Positions 17,810-26,770 of a stretch of 32,000 nt of DNA are shown here, in pieces. Below the pieces are notes generated by a model. That model saw only the letters and a program-made list of their open reading frames with translations. It searched no databases and had not been told where the DNA came from. Every line of letters starts with the position of its first letter. Position 1 is the stretch's first letter. The position numbers and the translations under genes were made by a program. Origin of the DNA: Alkalilimnicola ehrlichii MLHE-1 (lineage in GTDB: Bacteria > Pseudomonadota > Gammaproteobacteria > Nitrococcales > Halorhodospiraceae); assembly GCF_000014785.1 (NCBI RefSeq), contig NC_008340.1, positions 3,060,001-3,092,000 on the forward strand, written 5' to 3'.

Positions 17810-18232
17810 TCACTTCAGCGCGGCCACCAGATCAGCAACACGGCGCTTGATGTCATCCCGCACCGTCCGGAACTCCGCCATGATCTCATCCTCGGTGCCC
17901 CGGGCCTTCGCCGGATCGGGCAATGGCCAGTGGTGCTTCTCGATACCCACGGGCACCACCGGGCAGTGCTCGTCGGCATGCCCGCAGACGGTCACCAGCA
18001 CGTCGGCCCGGGCCAGCATCTCGTCGGTCAGGCGCGTGGAGGCCTGCTCGGCGATATCCACGCCGTCTTCGGCCATGACCGCGATGGCGCGCGGATTCTT
18101 GCCGTGGGCCTCGATGCCGGCGGACAGCACCTCCAGGTCGTCGTCTGCCATCGCGCGGGCATAGCCCTCGGCCATTTGCGAACGACAGGAGTTGCCGGTA
18201 CAGAGAAACAGCAGGGTCTTACGCTCGGGCAT
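17810..18232 (-). CDS. arsC: Arsenate reductase, low-molecular-weight phosphatase (thioredoxin-coupled) type
   Basis: 140 aa, MPERKTLLFLCTGNSCRSQMAEGYARAM (CX5R P-loop), VLVTVCGHADEHCPVVP, KHHWPLPDPAKA. Confidence 0.93.
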   Translation of the reverse strand: MPERKTLLFLCTGNSCRSQMAEGYARAMADDDLEVLSAGIEAHGKNPRAIAVMAEDGVDIAEQASTRLTDEMLARADVLVTVCGHADEHCPVVPVGIEKHHWPLPDPAKARGTEDEIMAEFRTVRDDIKRRVADLVAALK

Positions 18233-18250
18233 GGTTGACCTCGAAGTTTG

Positions 18251-18607
18251 TCATGAAAGCGATGGCCGGTTGGGCATCCCGCCGAGACGCTGTTGCGCCG
18301 CCTTCCAAGGCACGCCGGTGCCCTCGCCGACGGCCTCGATAACCCGACGCACCCAGTCCGGCAGGCCATCCGCCAACCGATAATGGACCCACTGTCCCCG
18401 CCGCTCATCGGTCACCAGCCCGGCATCGCGCAATTGCGCCAGATGGCGCGAGATCTTGGGCTGGGAGACCTCCAGCGCATGGGTCAGCTCACAGACGCAC
18501 AACCGGCCCTCCGCGCGCAGTAGCAGCACGCTGCGCAGCCGGGTGGAATCCGACAGGAGGCGGAACAGTTTTTCAGGGGCTATGCTCATGGGCATGAATA
18601 TACGCAT
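18251..18607 (-). CDS. arsR: ArsR/SmtB family metalloregulator (start could instead be 18595 or 18589)
   Basis: FRLLSDSTRLRSVLLLRAEGRLCVCELTHALEVSQPKISRHLAQLRDAGLVTDERRGQWVHYRL has the ArsR wHTH with the CVC As(III)-site motif. The ORF track's upstream extension to 19174 overlaps the divergent gene and is not credible. Confidence 0.92.
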   Translation of the reverse strand: MRIFMPMSIAPEKLFRLLSDSTRLRSVLLLRAEGRLCVCELTHALEVSQPKISRHLAQLRDAGLVTDERRGQWVHYRLADGLPDWVRRVIEAVGEGTGVPWKAAQQRLGGMPNRPSLS

Positions 18608-18617
18608 CTCCATATAT
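18598..18617. promoter_or_regulatory. AT-rich dyad (ATATA-N10-TATAT), candidate ArsR operator between the divergent transcripts
   Basis: Sequence atatacgcatctccatatat in an otherwise GC-rich region, at the arsR 5' end and upstream of the divergent FMN reductase gene. Confidence 0.3.
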
Positions 18618-18718
18618 CTGGTCAAGCGGATGGCACCCCCTTCATGGGGCGCTTCACCATCCAGGCCACGATGCCAAAATACCCTGGTGAGCTTGACCCT
18701 GCCAGTAACGGAGCCCCT

Positions 18719-19390
18719 ATGAAAACACTGATCTTTGTCGGCACGTCCCGTCAGAGCACCCCACCCAGGCCGCCCCGGCTGGGTCTGCGGGTCGCCAGGG
18801 CCTGCCTGGCCTACTTCAATGAATGGCTTCCGGACCATCAGGTAGAGCTGGTCGACCCGCTGGACCTGACATTCGGTGCCGTGTTCAAGCCGCACTTCGC
18901 CTATGCGAGCCAGCAGGCCCCGGATCAGCTCCGCGCCCTCGCGGAACAGATCGAGGCGGCCGACAGCTATGTCATGGTCAGTCCGGAATACAATCACTCC
19001 ATGAGCCCGGTACTCGCCCACCTGCTGAACCATTTCGGGAGTTCGCTCTTCTCCTACAAACCCAGCGCGATCGTCACCTACTCCGCCGGACAATGGGGCG
19101 GGGCCCGGGCCGCGGTGGCGATGCGGACATTTCTCTCCGAGTTGGGCTGTCTCCCGGTCTCCGCAATGATCCACATCCCCAAGGCGCAGACGGTGCTGGC
19201 CGAGGACGGCTCATTTCTAGAAGGGGCCGACGACGAGGAATGGACGGGCTACATGGGCAGAACGCTGCAACAACTGAACTGGTGGGCGGCCGCCGCGCGG
19301 GCGCACCGGCAGCAGGCTGACCCGTTCGACCGGGCTCAAGCGTTCCAGCGCGACCCATCGCAACGGAACGCGCCGAAACCGCCGGAGTGA
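18719..19390 (+). CDS. NADPH-dependent FMN reductase-like flavoprotein (NAD(P)H-dependent oxidoreductase)
   Basis: About 223 aa from MKTLIFVGTSRQSTPPRPPRLG. VMVSPEYNHSMSPVLAHLLNHFGSSLFSYKPSAIVTYSAGQWGGARAAVAMRTFLSELG is characteristic of flavodoxin-fold NADPH-dependent FMN reductases. It is divergent from arsR. Confidence 0.85.
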   Translation: MKTLIFVGTSRQSTPPRPPRLGLRVARACLAYFNEWLPDHQVELVDPLDLTFGAVFKPHFAYASQQAPDQLRALAEQIEAADSYVMVSPEYNHSMSPVLAHLLNHFGSSLFSYKPSAIVTYSAGQWGGARAAVAMRTFLSELGCLPVSAMIHIPKAQTVLAEDGSFLEGADDEEWTGYMGRTLQQLNWWAAAARAHRQQADPFDRAQAFQRDPSQRNAPKPPE

Positions 19391-19497
19391 CGCGGGGATT
19401 GACGGTCAGACCTGCCTGGATGCGGGTCTGGGCCCTCCCCGTGCAGTGCAGAACGCAGTCGCTTGAAAGGACAGGGAGGCCTGCCAACGGAGTGAAA

Positions 19498-20466
19498 ATG
19501 AGCCACGCGATCAAGGTAGAAGGGTTGGTGCGAGACTTTGGCGGCACCCGCGCACTGGATGGTGTGAGCCTGAGCGTGCCGACCGGCCAGGTGCTGGGCC
19601 TGCTGGGACCGAACGGCGCCGGCAAGACCACCATTGTCCGGACCCTGGCCACGCTGTTGGCCCCCACGGCGGGACAGGCGTGGGTCGGCGGCTTCGACGT
19701 CGTCCGCGAGCCCGCCCGGGTGCGCGAGATCATCGGGCTGACCGGCCAGTATGCGTCGGTGGACGAGAAGCTGACCGGTCGCGAGAACCTGATCCTGGTC
19801 GGCCGCCTGCTGGGACTGAAACGCGCGGAGGCGAAGGCGCGTGCGGATGCGCTGCTCGCGGATTTCTCCCTGGAAGAGGCCGCCCGGCGACCCGCCCAGA
19901 CCTATTCGGGCGGCATGCGCCGACGCCTGGACCTGGCCGCCAGCCTGGTCGGACGTCCCCGCATCCTGTTCCTGGACGAGCCCTCCACGGGGCTGGACCC
20001 GCGGGCACGGCGCGACCTGTGGCAGCGCATCCGCCAGCTACAGGCCGGCGGGACCACCGTGCTGCTGACCACCCAGTATCTCGAGGAGGCGGATGCCCTC
20101 GCCGACCTCATCGTGGTGCTGGACCAGGGCCGGGTGATCGCCGAAGGCACCTCCGCCCAGCTCAAGTCGCGGGTCGGTGCGCGCACCCTCTACGTGACCG
20201 TTTCCGACCCGGCCCTGGCCCCACGCACCGCGGAACGGGTGACCGCGGTCACGGGCGCGCAGGCGCAGGTGGACGGCGAACAGATCAGTGCACCGGTGCA
20301 GGACCCGGGGCTGCTGCCGGCGGTGTTGCGGGCCCTGGACCAGGCGGGCATCGAGGTCGCCGAGCTGGGCCTGCGCGGGGCGAGCCTGGACGACGTCTTC
20401 CTCGCCCTGACCGGCCACAGCGGCCAATCCGGGCCCAATGAAAATGCAGCGGAGGACGCTCCATGA
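19498..20466 (+). CDS. ABC transporter ATP-binding protein (drug-export DrrA-like)
   Basis: 322 aa from MSHAIKVEGLVRDFGG. Walker A GLLGPNGAGKTTIVRTL, signature TYSGGMRRRLDLAASL and Walker B RILFLDEPSTGLDPRARRDLW. Confidence 0.92.
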   Translation: MSHAIKVEGLVRDFGGTRALDGVSLSVPTGQVLGLLGPNGAGKTTIVRTLATLLAPTAGQAWVGGFDVVREPARVREIIGLTGQYASVDEKLTGRENLILVGRLLGLKRAEAKARADALLADFSLEEAARRPAQTYSGGMRRRLDLAASLVGRPRILFLDEPSTGLDPRARRDLWQRIRQLQAGGTTVLLTTQYLEEADALADLIVVLDQGRVIAEGTSAQLKSRVGARTLYVTVSDPALAPRTAERVTAVTGAQAQVDGEQISAPVQDPGLLPAVLRALDQAGIEVAELGLRGASLDDVFLALTGHSGQSGPNENAAEDAP

Positions 20467-21227
20467 GCGGTCTGCAGCAGACACTCACGCTGGCCTGGCG
20501 CAGCCTGGTGCAGGTGCGGCGCAACCCCTGGGAGCTGGGTGACTACAGCATCCAGCCGATCCTCTTCCTGGTGCTGTTTCTGTACGTCTTCGGCGGGGCG
20601 ATCGCCGGCTCGCCGGACGACTACCTGGCATTCGTGCTGCCGGGGGTAATCGTGATGAACATGCTGTTCGTCACGGTCTATGTGGGCCATGGACTGAACA
20701 CCGACCTGACCAAGGGCGTGTTTGACCGCTTCCGCGCCCTGCCGATCCCGCGTTGGGCGCCGCTGGCCGGCCGCATCCTCGCGGACGTGGTCAAGCAGGC
20801 GCTTTGCATCGCGCTGCTGCTGGTCGTGGGCTACCTGCTCGGATTCCGTCTGGCCACCTCCGTGGTGCACCTGCTGGGCATGATCCTGCTGGTGCTGGTC
20901 TTCGCCGTCGCCTTCTCCTGGGTGATGGTGCTGGTGGGCGTGATGGCGCGGGACCCAGAGCACGTGCAGTTGTTCGGCTTCACGGCGCTGTTCCCGGTGA
21001 CCTTCGTCAGCTCCGCCTTCGTACCGGTGGAGACCATGCCCGAGTGGCTGCAGGGCTTCGTGTACGCCAACCCCGTATCCCTGCTCGCAGACGCCGCACG
21101 CGCATTGATGAACGGCGGTCCGGCCGCCGCCCCGGCGTCGTGGTCCCTGCTCTGGGCCCTGGGCATCGCGCTGGTGTTCGCGCCGCTATCCGTCTACGCC
21201 CTCAACCGTCGCCTGGCGCGTGGCTGA
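20463..21227 (+). CDS. ABC-2 type transporter permease (DrrB-like)
   Basis: 254 aa with several TM segments. LYVFGGAIAGSPDDYLAFVLPGVIVMNMLFVTVYVGHGLNTDLTKGVFDRFRALPIPR matches the ABC-2 family. ATGA overlap with the ATPase gene. Confidence 0.9.
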   Translation: MSGLQQTLTLAWRSLVQVRRNPWELGDYSIQPILFLVLFLYVFGGAIAGSPDDYLAFVLPGVIVMNMLFVTVYVGHGLNTDLTKGVFDRFRALPIPRWAPLAGRILADVVKQALCIALLLVVGYLLGFRLATSVVHLLGMILLVLVFAVAFSWVMVLVGVMARDPEHVQLFGFTALFPVTFVSSAFVPVETMPEWLQGFVYANPVSLLADAARALMNGGPAAAPASWSLLWALGIALVFAPLSVYALNRRLARG

Positions 21228-21327
21228 CAGCGGCGCCGATGAACGCCGGGGCAAGAGGCAACTCGGGTCGAATGGGCACCAAGGCCCCCTCCCGCAGCGC
21301 GGTGATCCGGGGGTCGCCCGCCGGCCG

Positions 21328-21702
21328 CTATACGACGATCCAGCCGATCAGTAACCCGCCACCCAGCGCCATCAGGACAATCTGCGCCGACGCGAGCCCG
21401 CCGACGGTAAGCAGTCCGCCACCCAGCCGGTAGGCGGCAATACTCACGGGCCGCCCATCGCCCCCGGTCAGCGGCAGGCGTTCGACAACGGAAGCCAGCA
21501 CCCGGGTCAGAACGATGGCGCAGAGCACCGATAACGCGAAGGCGCTGATGGCCAGCACTAGCAGCAACCGCGCAACACCGCCGGGATCGGCGCTCTGCAA
21601 CACGACTACGCAGCCGGTCGCAGCGGCAAAATCCACTCCGATAAGCCACTTGCTCCAGTCCCGGAGGGAATCGATGGCGTGCTTCTGGCTGTCCTGGTCC
21701 AT
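21328..21702 (-). CDS. Small membrane protein, uncharacterised
   Basis: 124 aa with about 3-4 hydrophobic segments (WLIGVDFAAATGCVVVL, ARLLLVLAISAFALSVLCAIVLTRVL, LASAQIVLMALGGGLLIGWIVV). Confidence 0.65.
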   Translation of the reverse strand: MDQDSQKHAIDSLRDWSKWLIGVDFAAATGCVVVLQSADPGGVARLLLVLAISAFALSVLCAIVLTRVLASVVERLPLTGGDGRPVSIAAYRLGGGLLTVGGLASAQIVLMALGGGLLIGWIVV

Positions 21703-21897
21703 GGGCGACCCCCCGGGGCAGTAACCGGTGTGCGGGCTCCGTCAACAGGTCAGAGTATAGCTGGGAGCAACTAGGCGACGGCCCGACTGCTGAATGCTCG
21801 CCGCTGTCCTTGCGTCGCAAAGTGCTGCATGGGGACAACAAACTTGTCGCGGGGAGATAGGGGCGGCGCTGAAAGGAGGGTAACTACTTGAAAATAC

Positions 21898-21974
21898 TGG
21901 TGGCTACGGGTGGACTCGAACCACCGACCCTCGCATTATGAGTGCGATGCTCTGACCAGCTGAGCTACGTAGCC
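21898..21974 (-). tRNA. tRNA-Met, anticodon CAT (CCA encoded)
   Basis: Reverse complement GGCTACGTAGCTCAGCTGGTCAGAGCATCGCACTCATAATGCGAGGGTCGGTGGTTCGAGTCCACCCGTAGCCACCA. 7-bp acceptor stem, anticodon stem TCGCA/TGCGA, loop CTCATAA, T-loop GGTTCGAGTCC. Confidence 0.95.
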
Positions 21975-22139
21975 ACTTGAGCGGCGAATTCTCGCCCGCC
22001 GCCCTGCTGCTGTCAAGGCCCGGCCGGATTGGCGGAACCCGCCGACACCCTTGGCGCCTACCGCCACGGCGAGCATTAATAACCAATAACTTTCACCATG
22101 GAACCACCCAAGGAGTACCCCAGAGCAACCATGGCACGC

Positions 22140-22600
22140 TGCAGGTGGCGGCAGCTTACAATGACGAAAAAAGCCAGATTCATTATATCTTCCAGACCGA
22201 CCAACCCAACTGGCATCACCAGTACTGGCGCTACGACGGCGGCGAATGGGTGCGCTATGGGTCCGGCGGTCCCATGCCCGCCCCCAGCGGCCTTTACGAA
22301 GACCGCATCTCCATACTTCTGGACGACGGATCGGTAGACGGTTTCGGCCGCTACGGCGGCTGGAAGACGGTCCACGAGGGCATGCGCACCCTGACCTCGG
22401 AGGTGGACAGCGACAGCGTTTCCTGCAGGAGCCGAGCGGCAGCCGCGGCACCATCCGCGCCGAGGGCGGTTACGTGGACGGCGATCTGGCGGACGCGGAA
22501 CTGGAATGGACGGAACTAACCGTGTTCCACCCGGGCCAGATCACCTGGCAGTTTCTGCACAGCGAGGACCACCCGGGCATGGCGGCTCTGCCGCCTCGGA
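22140..22600 (+). pseudogene. Degraded/rearranged fragment resembling a heme-binding ethylbenzene-dehydrogenase-gamma-like (cytochrome) domain protein
   Basis: One frame reads VAAAYNDEKSQIHYIFQTDQPNWHHQYWRYDGGEWVRYG...GLYEDRISILLDDGSVDGFGRYGGWKTVHEGMRTLTSEVDSD. The continuing similarity (LQEPSGSRGTIRAEGGYVDGDLADAELEWTELTVFHPGQITWQFLHSEDHPG) is in a different frame. There is no plausible start, and the family's N-terminus is missing. Confidence 0.5.
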
Positions 22601-22947
22601 GTAACGGAGTGCCTGCCCTCGCGCCCTTCCCGGCGATACCTCACCCTTCACTTTCTGCACGTTTTCTTATAGGGTATCGCGCCTTCTTGCAGCGAACGAC
22701 CTTGTAGAGCATGCCCATCCCCATGGAACACGTCAGTCCGCCCTAGCGGACAACTCGCTCTCTTCCGCCTCGCTGCGGCGGCATGGCCCTTACTCCTCAC
22801 CGGGTAGCGTCATGTGCCGCCACCCCAAAGATCACCATCACCGGTGCGCGGTAATGCCGCGCTTGTCCAGCGCCTGCTCAGGGGCGCGTGGCGGCGCCGT
22901 CAGCACCCATCCCGCACCGGCCCGCGATCATTCACACGGAAGCGCTC

Positions 22948-24441
22948 ATGAACTGGAAGAGACTGAAACAAGAGTGGTTCGGCAACATCCGCGGGGATGT
23001 GCTGGCCGGCATCATCGTGGCCCTGGCGCTGATTCCCGAGGCCATTGCCTTCTCCATCATCGCCGGCGTGGACCCGCAGGTGGGGCTGTACGCCTCCTTC
23101 TGTATCGCGGTGGTCATCGCTTTCACCGGCGCGCGGCCGGGGATGATCTCTGCGGCCACCGCCGCCATGGCGCTGCTGATGATCACCCTGGTGGCGGACC
23201 ACGGCCTGGAGTACCTGCTGGCCGCCACGCTACTCACTGGCGTGCTGCAGGTCATCGCCGGCTACCTGCAGGTCGGCCGGGTGATGCGCTTTATCTCCAA
23301 CTCGGTGATGACCGGCTTCGTCAACGCCCTGGCCATCCTGATCTTCATGGCGCAGATCCCGGAGTTGGTGGACGTGCCCTGGCTGGTCTACCCCATGGTG
23401 GCCGGCGGGCTGGCCATTATCTACCTGCTGCCCTACCTCACCCGTGCCATCCCCTCGCCGCTGGTCACCATTGTGGTGCTTACCCTGCTGGCCTGGGCGC
23501 TGGGCATGAACGTGCCCACGGTGGGGGATATGGGCGACTTGCCCGATACCCTGCCGGTGTTCCTGTGGCCGGACGTGCCGCTCAACCTGGAGACCCTCTG
23601 GATCATTCTGCCCTACTCGCTGGCACTGACAGTGGTCGGGCTACTGGAGTCCATGATGACCCAGAGCATCGTGGACGACCTGACCGACAGCAAGACCGAC
23701 CGCAACCGCGAGTGCCGCGGCCAAGGCATCTCCAACCTGGTGGCCGGCAGCTTCGGCGGCATGGCCGGCTGCGCCATGATCGGGCAGTCCATCATCAACG
23801 TGAAATCGGGCGGTCGCGGCCGGCTGTCCTCCCTGGTGGCCGGGCTGGTGCTGATCGTGCTGGTGGTCTTCCTCTCGCCCCTGCTCAAGATGATCCCCAT
23901 GGCGGCGCTGGTGGCGGTGATGATCATGGTGGCCATCGGCACCTTCAGCTGGGGCTCCATCCGCGACCTGCGCAAAAACCCCATGAGCACCAACATCGTC
24001 ATGGTCAGCACCGTGGCGGTCACGGTCATCACCCACAACCTGGCCATCGGGGTGCTCACCGGGGTGCTGTTGGCGGGGCTGTTCTTCGCCAACAAGGTCA
24101 GCCAGTTCATGCACGTCAGCTCCGACGTGGACGAGCACCCGGACGACCAGACCCTGCAGCGCACCTACCGCGTCGTGGGCCAGGTCTTCTTCGCCTCCAC
24201 CGAAAAGTTCATGAACACCTTTGATTTCGGCGAGGATCTGGATAAGGTGACCATTGATCTCACCCGCGCCCACTTCTGGGATATCAGTTCCGTGGCGGCG
24301 CTGGACCGGGTGGTCATCAACTTCCGCCGTGAGGGCACCGAGGTAGAGATCGTGGGCATGAACGAGGCCACGGCCACCATCGTCGACCGCCATGCCGTGC
24401 ACGACAAGCCGGACGCCATTGACCGGCTGATGGGCCATTGA
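22948..24441 (+). CDS. SulP family inorganic anion transporter with C-terminal STAS domain
   Basis: 497 aa from [52 protein letters not shown]-terminal [42 protein letters not shown] matches STAS. Confidence 0.93.
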   Translation: MNWKRLKQEWFGNIRGDVLAGIIVALALIPEAIAFSIIAGVDPQVGLYASFCIAVVIAFTGARPGMISAATAAMALLMITLVADHGLEYLLAATLLTGVLQVIAGYLQVGRVMRFISNSVMTGFVNALAILIFMAQIPELVDVPWLVYPMVAGGLAIIYLLPYLTRAIPSPLVTIVVLTLLAWALGMNVPTVGDMGDLPDTLPVFLWPDVPLNLETLWIILPYSLALTVVGLLESMMTQSIVDDLTDSKTDRNRECRGQGISNLVAGSFGGMAGCAMIGQSIINVKSGGRGRLSSLVAGLVLIVLVVFLSPLLKMIPMAALVAVMIMVAIGTFSWGSIRDLRKNPMSTNIVMVSTVAVTVITHNLAIGVLTGVLLAGLFFANKVSQFMHVSSDVDEHPDDQTLQRTYRVVGQVFFASTEKFMNTFDFGEDLDKVTIDLTRAHFWDISSVAALDRVVINFRREGTEVEIVGMNEATATIVDRHAVHDKPDAIDRLMGH

Positions 24442-24478
24442 ACCGCGAGCCACACACCGACCAAGGAGCGACAACGCC

Positions 24479-25333
24479 ATGACTGAAAAGGTATTCGCCT
24501 GTGTGGACGGCTCGCGCTCGTCCGAGTCCGTCTGTGACCACGCCGCCTGGGCCTGCCAGCGCCTGGGCGCCCCGCTGACCCTGCTGCATGTCATCCGCAA
24601 TCCCCACGGGGAACGCGAGCCCGACTACAGCGGCAACCTGAGCCTGGGCAACCGGGAAGAACTGCTCCAGGAGTTGGTGGAGTTGGAGGAGAAGCGCGGC
24701 AAGCTGGCCCGGGAGCAGGGCAAGGCGGTGCTGGCCGACGCCATCGCGCGGGTCGAGGCGGCCGGGGTGGAAAACCCGGGCCGTCTGCTGCGCAACGGGG
24801 ACATCACCGAGGCGTTGGCCGCTTTGGAGGAGGACATGCGCCTGCTGGTGCTGGGCAAGCAGGGCAAGGATGGCGACGTGGTCACCCGGCATATCGGCAG
24901 CCACCTGGAGAACATCATCCGCACCCTGCACAAGCCCATGCTGGTGGTGCCGCTGCAATTCCGCACCCCGGAGCGCTTCCTGATCGCCTATGACGGCAGC
25001 CCCACGGCCGACAAGGTGGTGGACCGACTGGCCCGAAGCAGCCTGCTGGACGGGCTGGAGGCCCATATCCTGATGGTGGGTGCGGAGACCGACGCCAACC
25101 GCGAGAAACTGGAGGCGCCCCGGGCCCGGCTGCAGAAAGAGGGCTTCCAGGTGACCACGGCGGTGAAATCGGGCGAGGTGAACGAGGTGGTCTGTGACTA
25201 TCGCGAGGCCAACGACATCCACCTAATGGCGATGGGTGCTTACGGCCACTCGCGGCTGCGCCAGTTCTTCGTGGGCAGCACCACCACCCACATGATCATG
25301 CGCTCGCCGATCCCGCTGTTGATACTGCGCTGA
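24479..25333 (+). CDS. Universal stress protein, tandem UspA domains
   Basis: 284 aa, MTEKVFACVDGSRSSESVCDHAAWACQRLGAPLTLLHVIRN and C-terminal FLIAYDGSPTADKVVDRL...DIHLMAMGAYGHSRLRQFFVGSTTTHMIMRSPIPLLIL. Confidence 0.9.
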   Translation: MTEKVFACVDGSRSSESVCDHAAWACQRLGAPLTLLHVIRNPHGEREPDYSGNLSLGNREELLQELVELEEKRGKLAREQGKAVLADAIARVEAAGVENPGRLLRNGDITEALAALEEDMRLLVLGKQGKDGDVVTRHIGSHLENIIRTLHKPMLVVPLQFRTPERFLIAYDGSPTADKVVDRLARSSLLDGLEAHILMVGAETDANREKLEAPRARLQKEGFQVTTAVKSGEVNEVVCDYREANDIHLMAMGAYGHSRLRQFFVGSTTTHMIMRSPIPLLILR

Positions 25334-25343
25334 GCCCGGTAAC

Positions 25344-25374
25344 CCCGGGTGTCATAAAATAAGTGGCACCCGGG
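25344..25374. terminator. Terminator-like hairpin between the convergent usp and lpxD genes
   Basis: cccgggtgtc-ataaaataagt-ggcacccggg forms a 10-bp stem (one wobble) with an 11-nt AT-rich loop. It starts 11 bp past the usp stop and is followed by cccgttt. Confidence 0.5.
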
Positions 25375-25421
25375 CCCGTTTAACGCGTGCTTCATCGCAG
25401 TGGCAGGCGCCGGAACAACCG

Positions 25422-26480
25422 TTAATCGCCGTCGTCACCGCCATCACCTTCACCCGTTGATTGCGCGGCCTCCAGCCTTTTCACCCGGCGAAACAGGTCG
25501 TCCAGTTGGGTAAAGCGGACGCTGTTGCGGCGCCACTCCCGCACCGGCTTCGCCGGCAGCGGGGAGGCGTAAGCACCGGGCTGCTTGATCGAACCCGTAA
25601 CCCCGGTCATGCCCATCAGAATAACGCCATCAGCAATGCTGATATGGCCGGTGATGGCCGAGGAACCCCCGATCATGCAGTCACAGCCGATGGTGGTACT
25701 GCCAGCCACCACGGTATTGCCGGCGATAATGGTGCGCGCCCCAACACGCACGTTGTGGCCAATGTGCACCTGGTTATCCAGCTTCACCCCCTCTTCAAGG
25801 ACCGTGTCGTCGATCGCACCACGATCCACCGTGGTGTTGGCGCCTAAGTCCACGTCATCGCCCAGGATCACACGCCCGAGTTGGGGCACCTTGCGCCAGC
25901 CCGCCTTACCCGGCCCCTTGGCGAAACCGAAGCCGTCGGCACCCACCACCACCCCCGGATGCAGGATGACCCGGCACCCCACCACACAGCGATCCGCGAC
26001 CGTAACCCGGCCCATCAGGTGGCTGTCCTCACCGATCTCCACCCCGGTCCCCACGTGGCAGCCCGGCCCCACGATCGTACGTGCGCCGAGACGAGCCCCC
26101 GCTTCCACCACCGCGTGCGGGCCGACAGAGACAGCCTCACCCAAGGTCACGCCCTCCGCCACGACGGCCGTGGGATGCACGCCGGCAGGTGGCCGTTCCG
26201 CCGGATGCAAACGCGTGGCGACCGCGGCGTAAGCGTAGTAGGGATCATCCACCACCAATGCGGTGGTGGGACATTCCGCGACATGTTCCGCGCGGACAAT
26301 GACCGCGCCGGCACCGGTGGCACGCAGATCCTCCAAGTAGTTCGCGTTGCTGCAAAAGCCGATGGCGTCCGGACCGGCATCGCACAATGTGGCGACCCGA
26401 CGGATGACCCTTGTGGGCTTCCCCACCAGCTCAGCACCCAGCCCTTCCGCCAACTCGCTTACCGTTACCGTCTCTGTCAT
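25422..26480 (-). CDS. lpxD: UDP-3-O-acylglucosamine N-acyltransferase
   Basis: 352 aa. N-terminal LpxD-like domain, left-handed beta-helix hexapeptide repeats, and [71 protein letters not shown]. Confidence 0.93.
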   Translation of the reverse strand: MTETVTVSELAEGLGAELVGKPTRVIRRVATLCDAGPDAIGFCSNANYLEDLRATGAGAVIVRAEHVAECPTTALVVDDPYYAYAAVATRLHPAERPPAGVHPTAVVAEGVTLGEAVSVGPHAVVEAGARLGARTIVGPGCHVGTGVEIGEDSHLMGRVTVADRCVVGCRVILHPGVVVGADGFGFAKGPGKAGWRKVPQLGRVILGDDVDLGANTTVDRGAIDDTVLEEGVKLDNQVHIGHNVRVGARTIIAGNTVVAGSTTIGCDCMIGGSSAITGHISIADGVILMGMTGVTGSIKQPGAYASPLPAKPVREWRRNSVRFTQLDDLFRRVKRLEAAQSTGEGDGGDDGD

Positions 26481-26770
26481 CTACCCGCTCCCACCTGATT
26501 CAACAACACTGCCGCCATGGCGACCGGACGGGGCTGCCACGCCGCAATAGGGTATCACCGAGCCGGGGGCCGGGGCTTGCTGCGCCGTAGCAAGGCGCTG
26601 AGCCAGGGCCCGGCTGCACAACTGTCACGGTTATTTCGCGACTCGCCGTCATGGTTATTGCCCGTCATATGGCGCGGAGGCCGCCCCGCATGGCCCATCT
26701 CGGCCTCGGCCCTGGCTGGTCACGATCTTGCATCCGGATAGGCCGGAAGAGCCAACGCAGGACCATCGCC

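Noticed and set aside
18608-19174. N-terminal extension of the 307-aa arsR ORF
   Set aside because: It would overlap the divergent FMN reductase gene and has no family similarity. The ArsR domain begins near 18589-18607.
19387-19497. N-terminal extension of the ABC ATPase ORF that overlaps the reductase stop (ATGA)
   Set aside because: The conserved ABC domain starts right after the ATG at 19498 (MSHAIKVEGLVRDFGG), and the upstream 37 aa look like random coding. Translational coupling to the reductase is not supported by this start.
22812-24224. 470-aa alternate-frame ORF overlapping the SulP gene
   Set aside because: His/Arg/Gly-rich translation typical of a wrong frame in GC-rich DNA. The SulP frame carries all conserved motifs.
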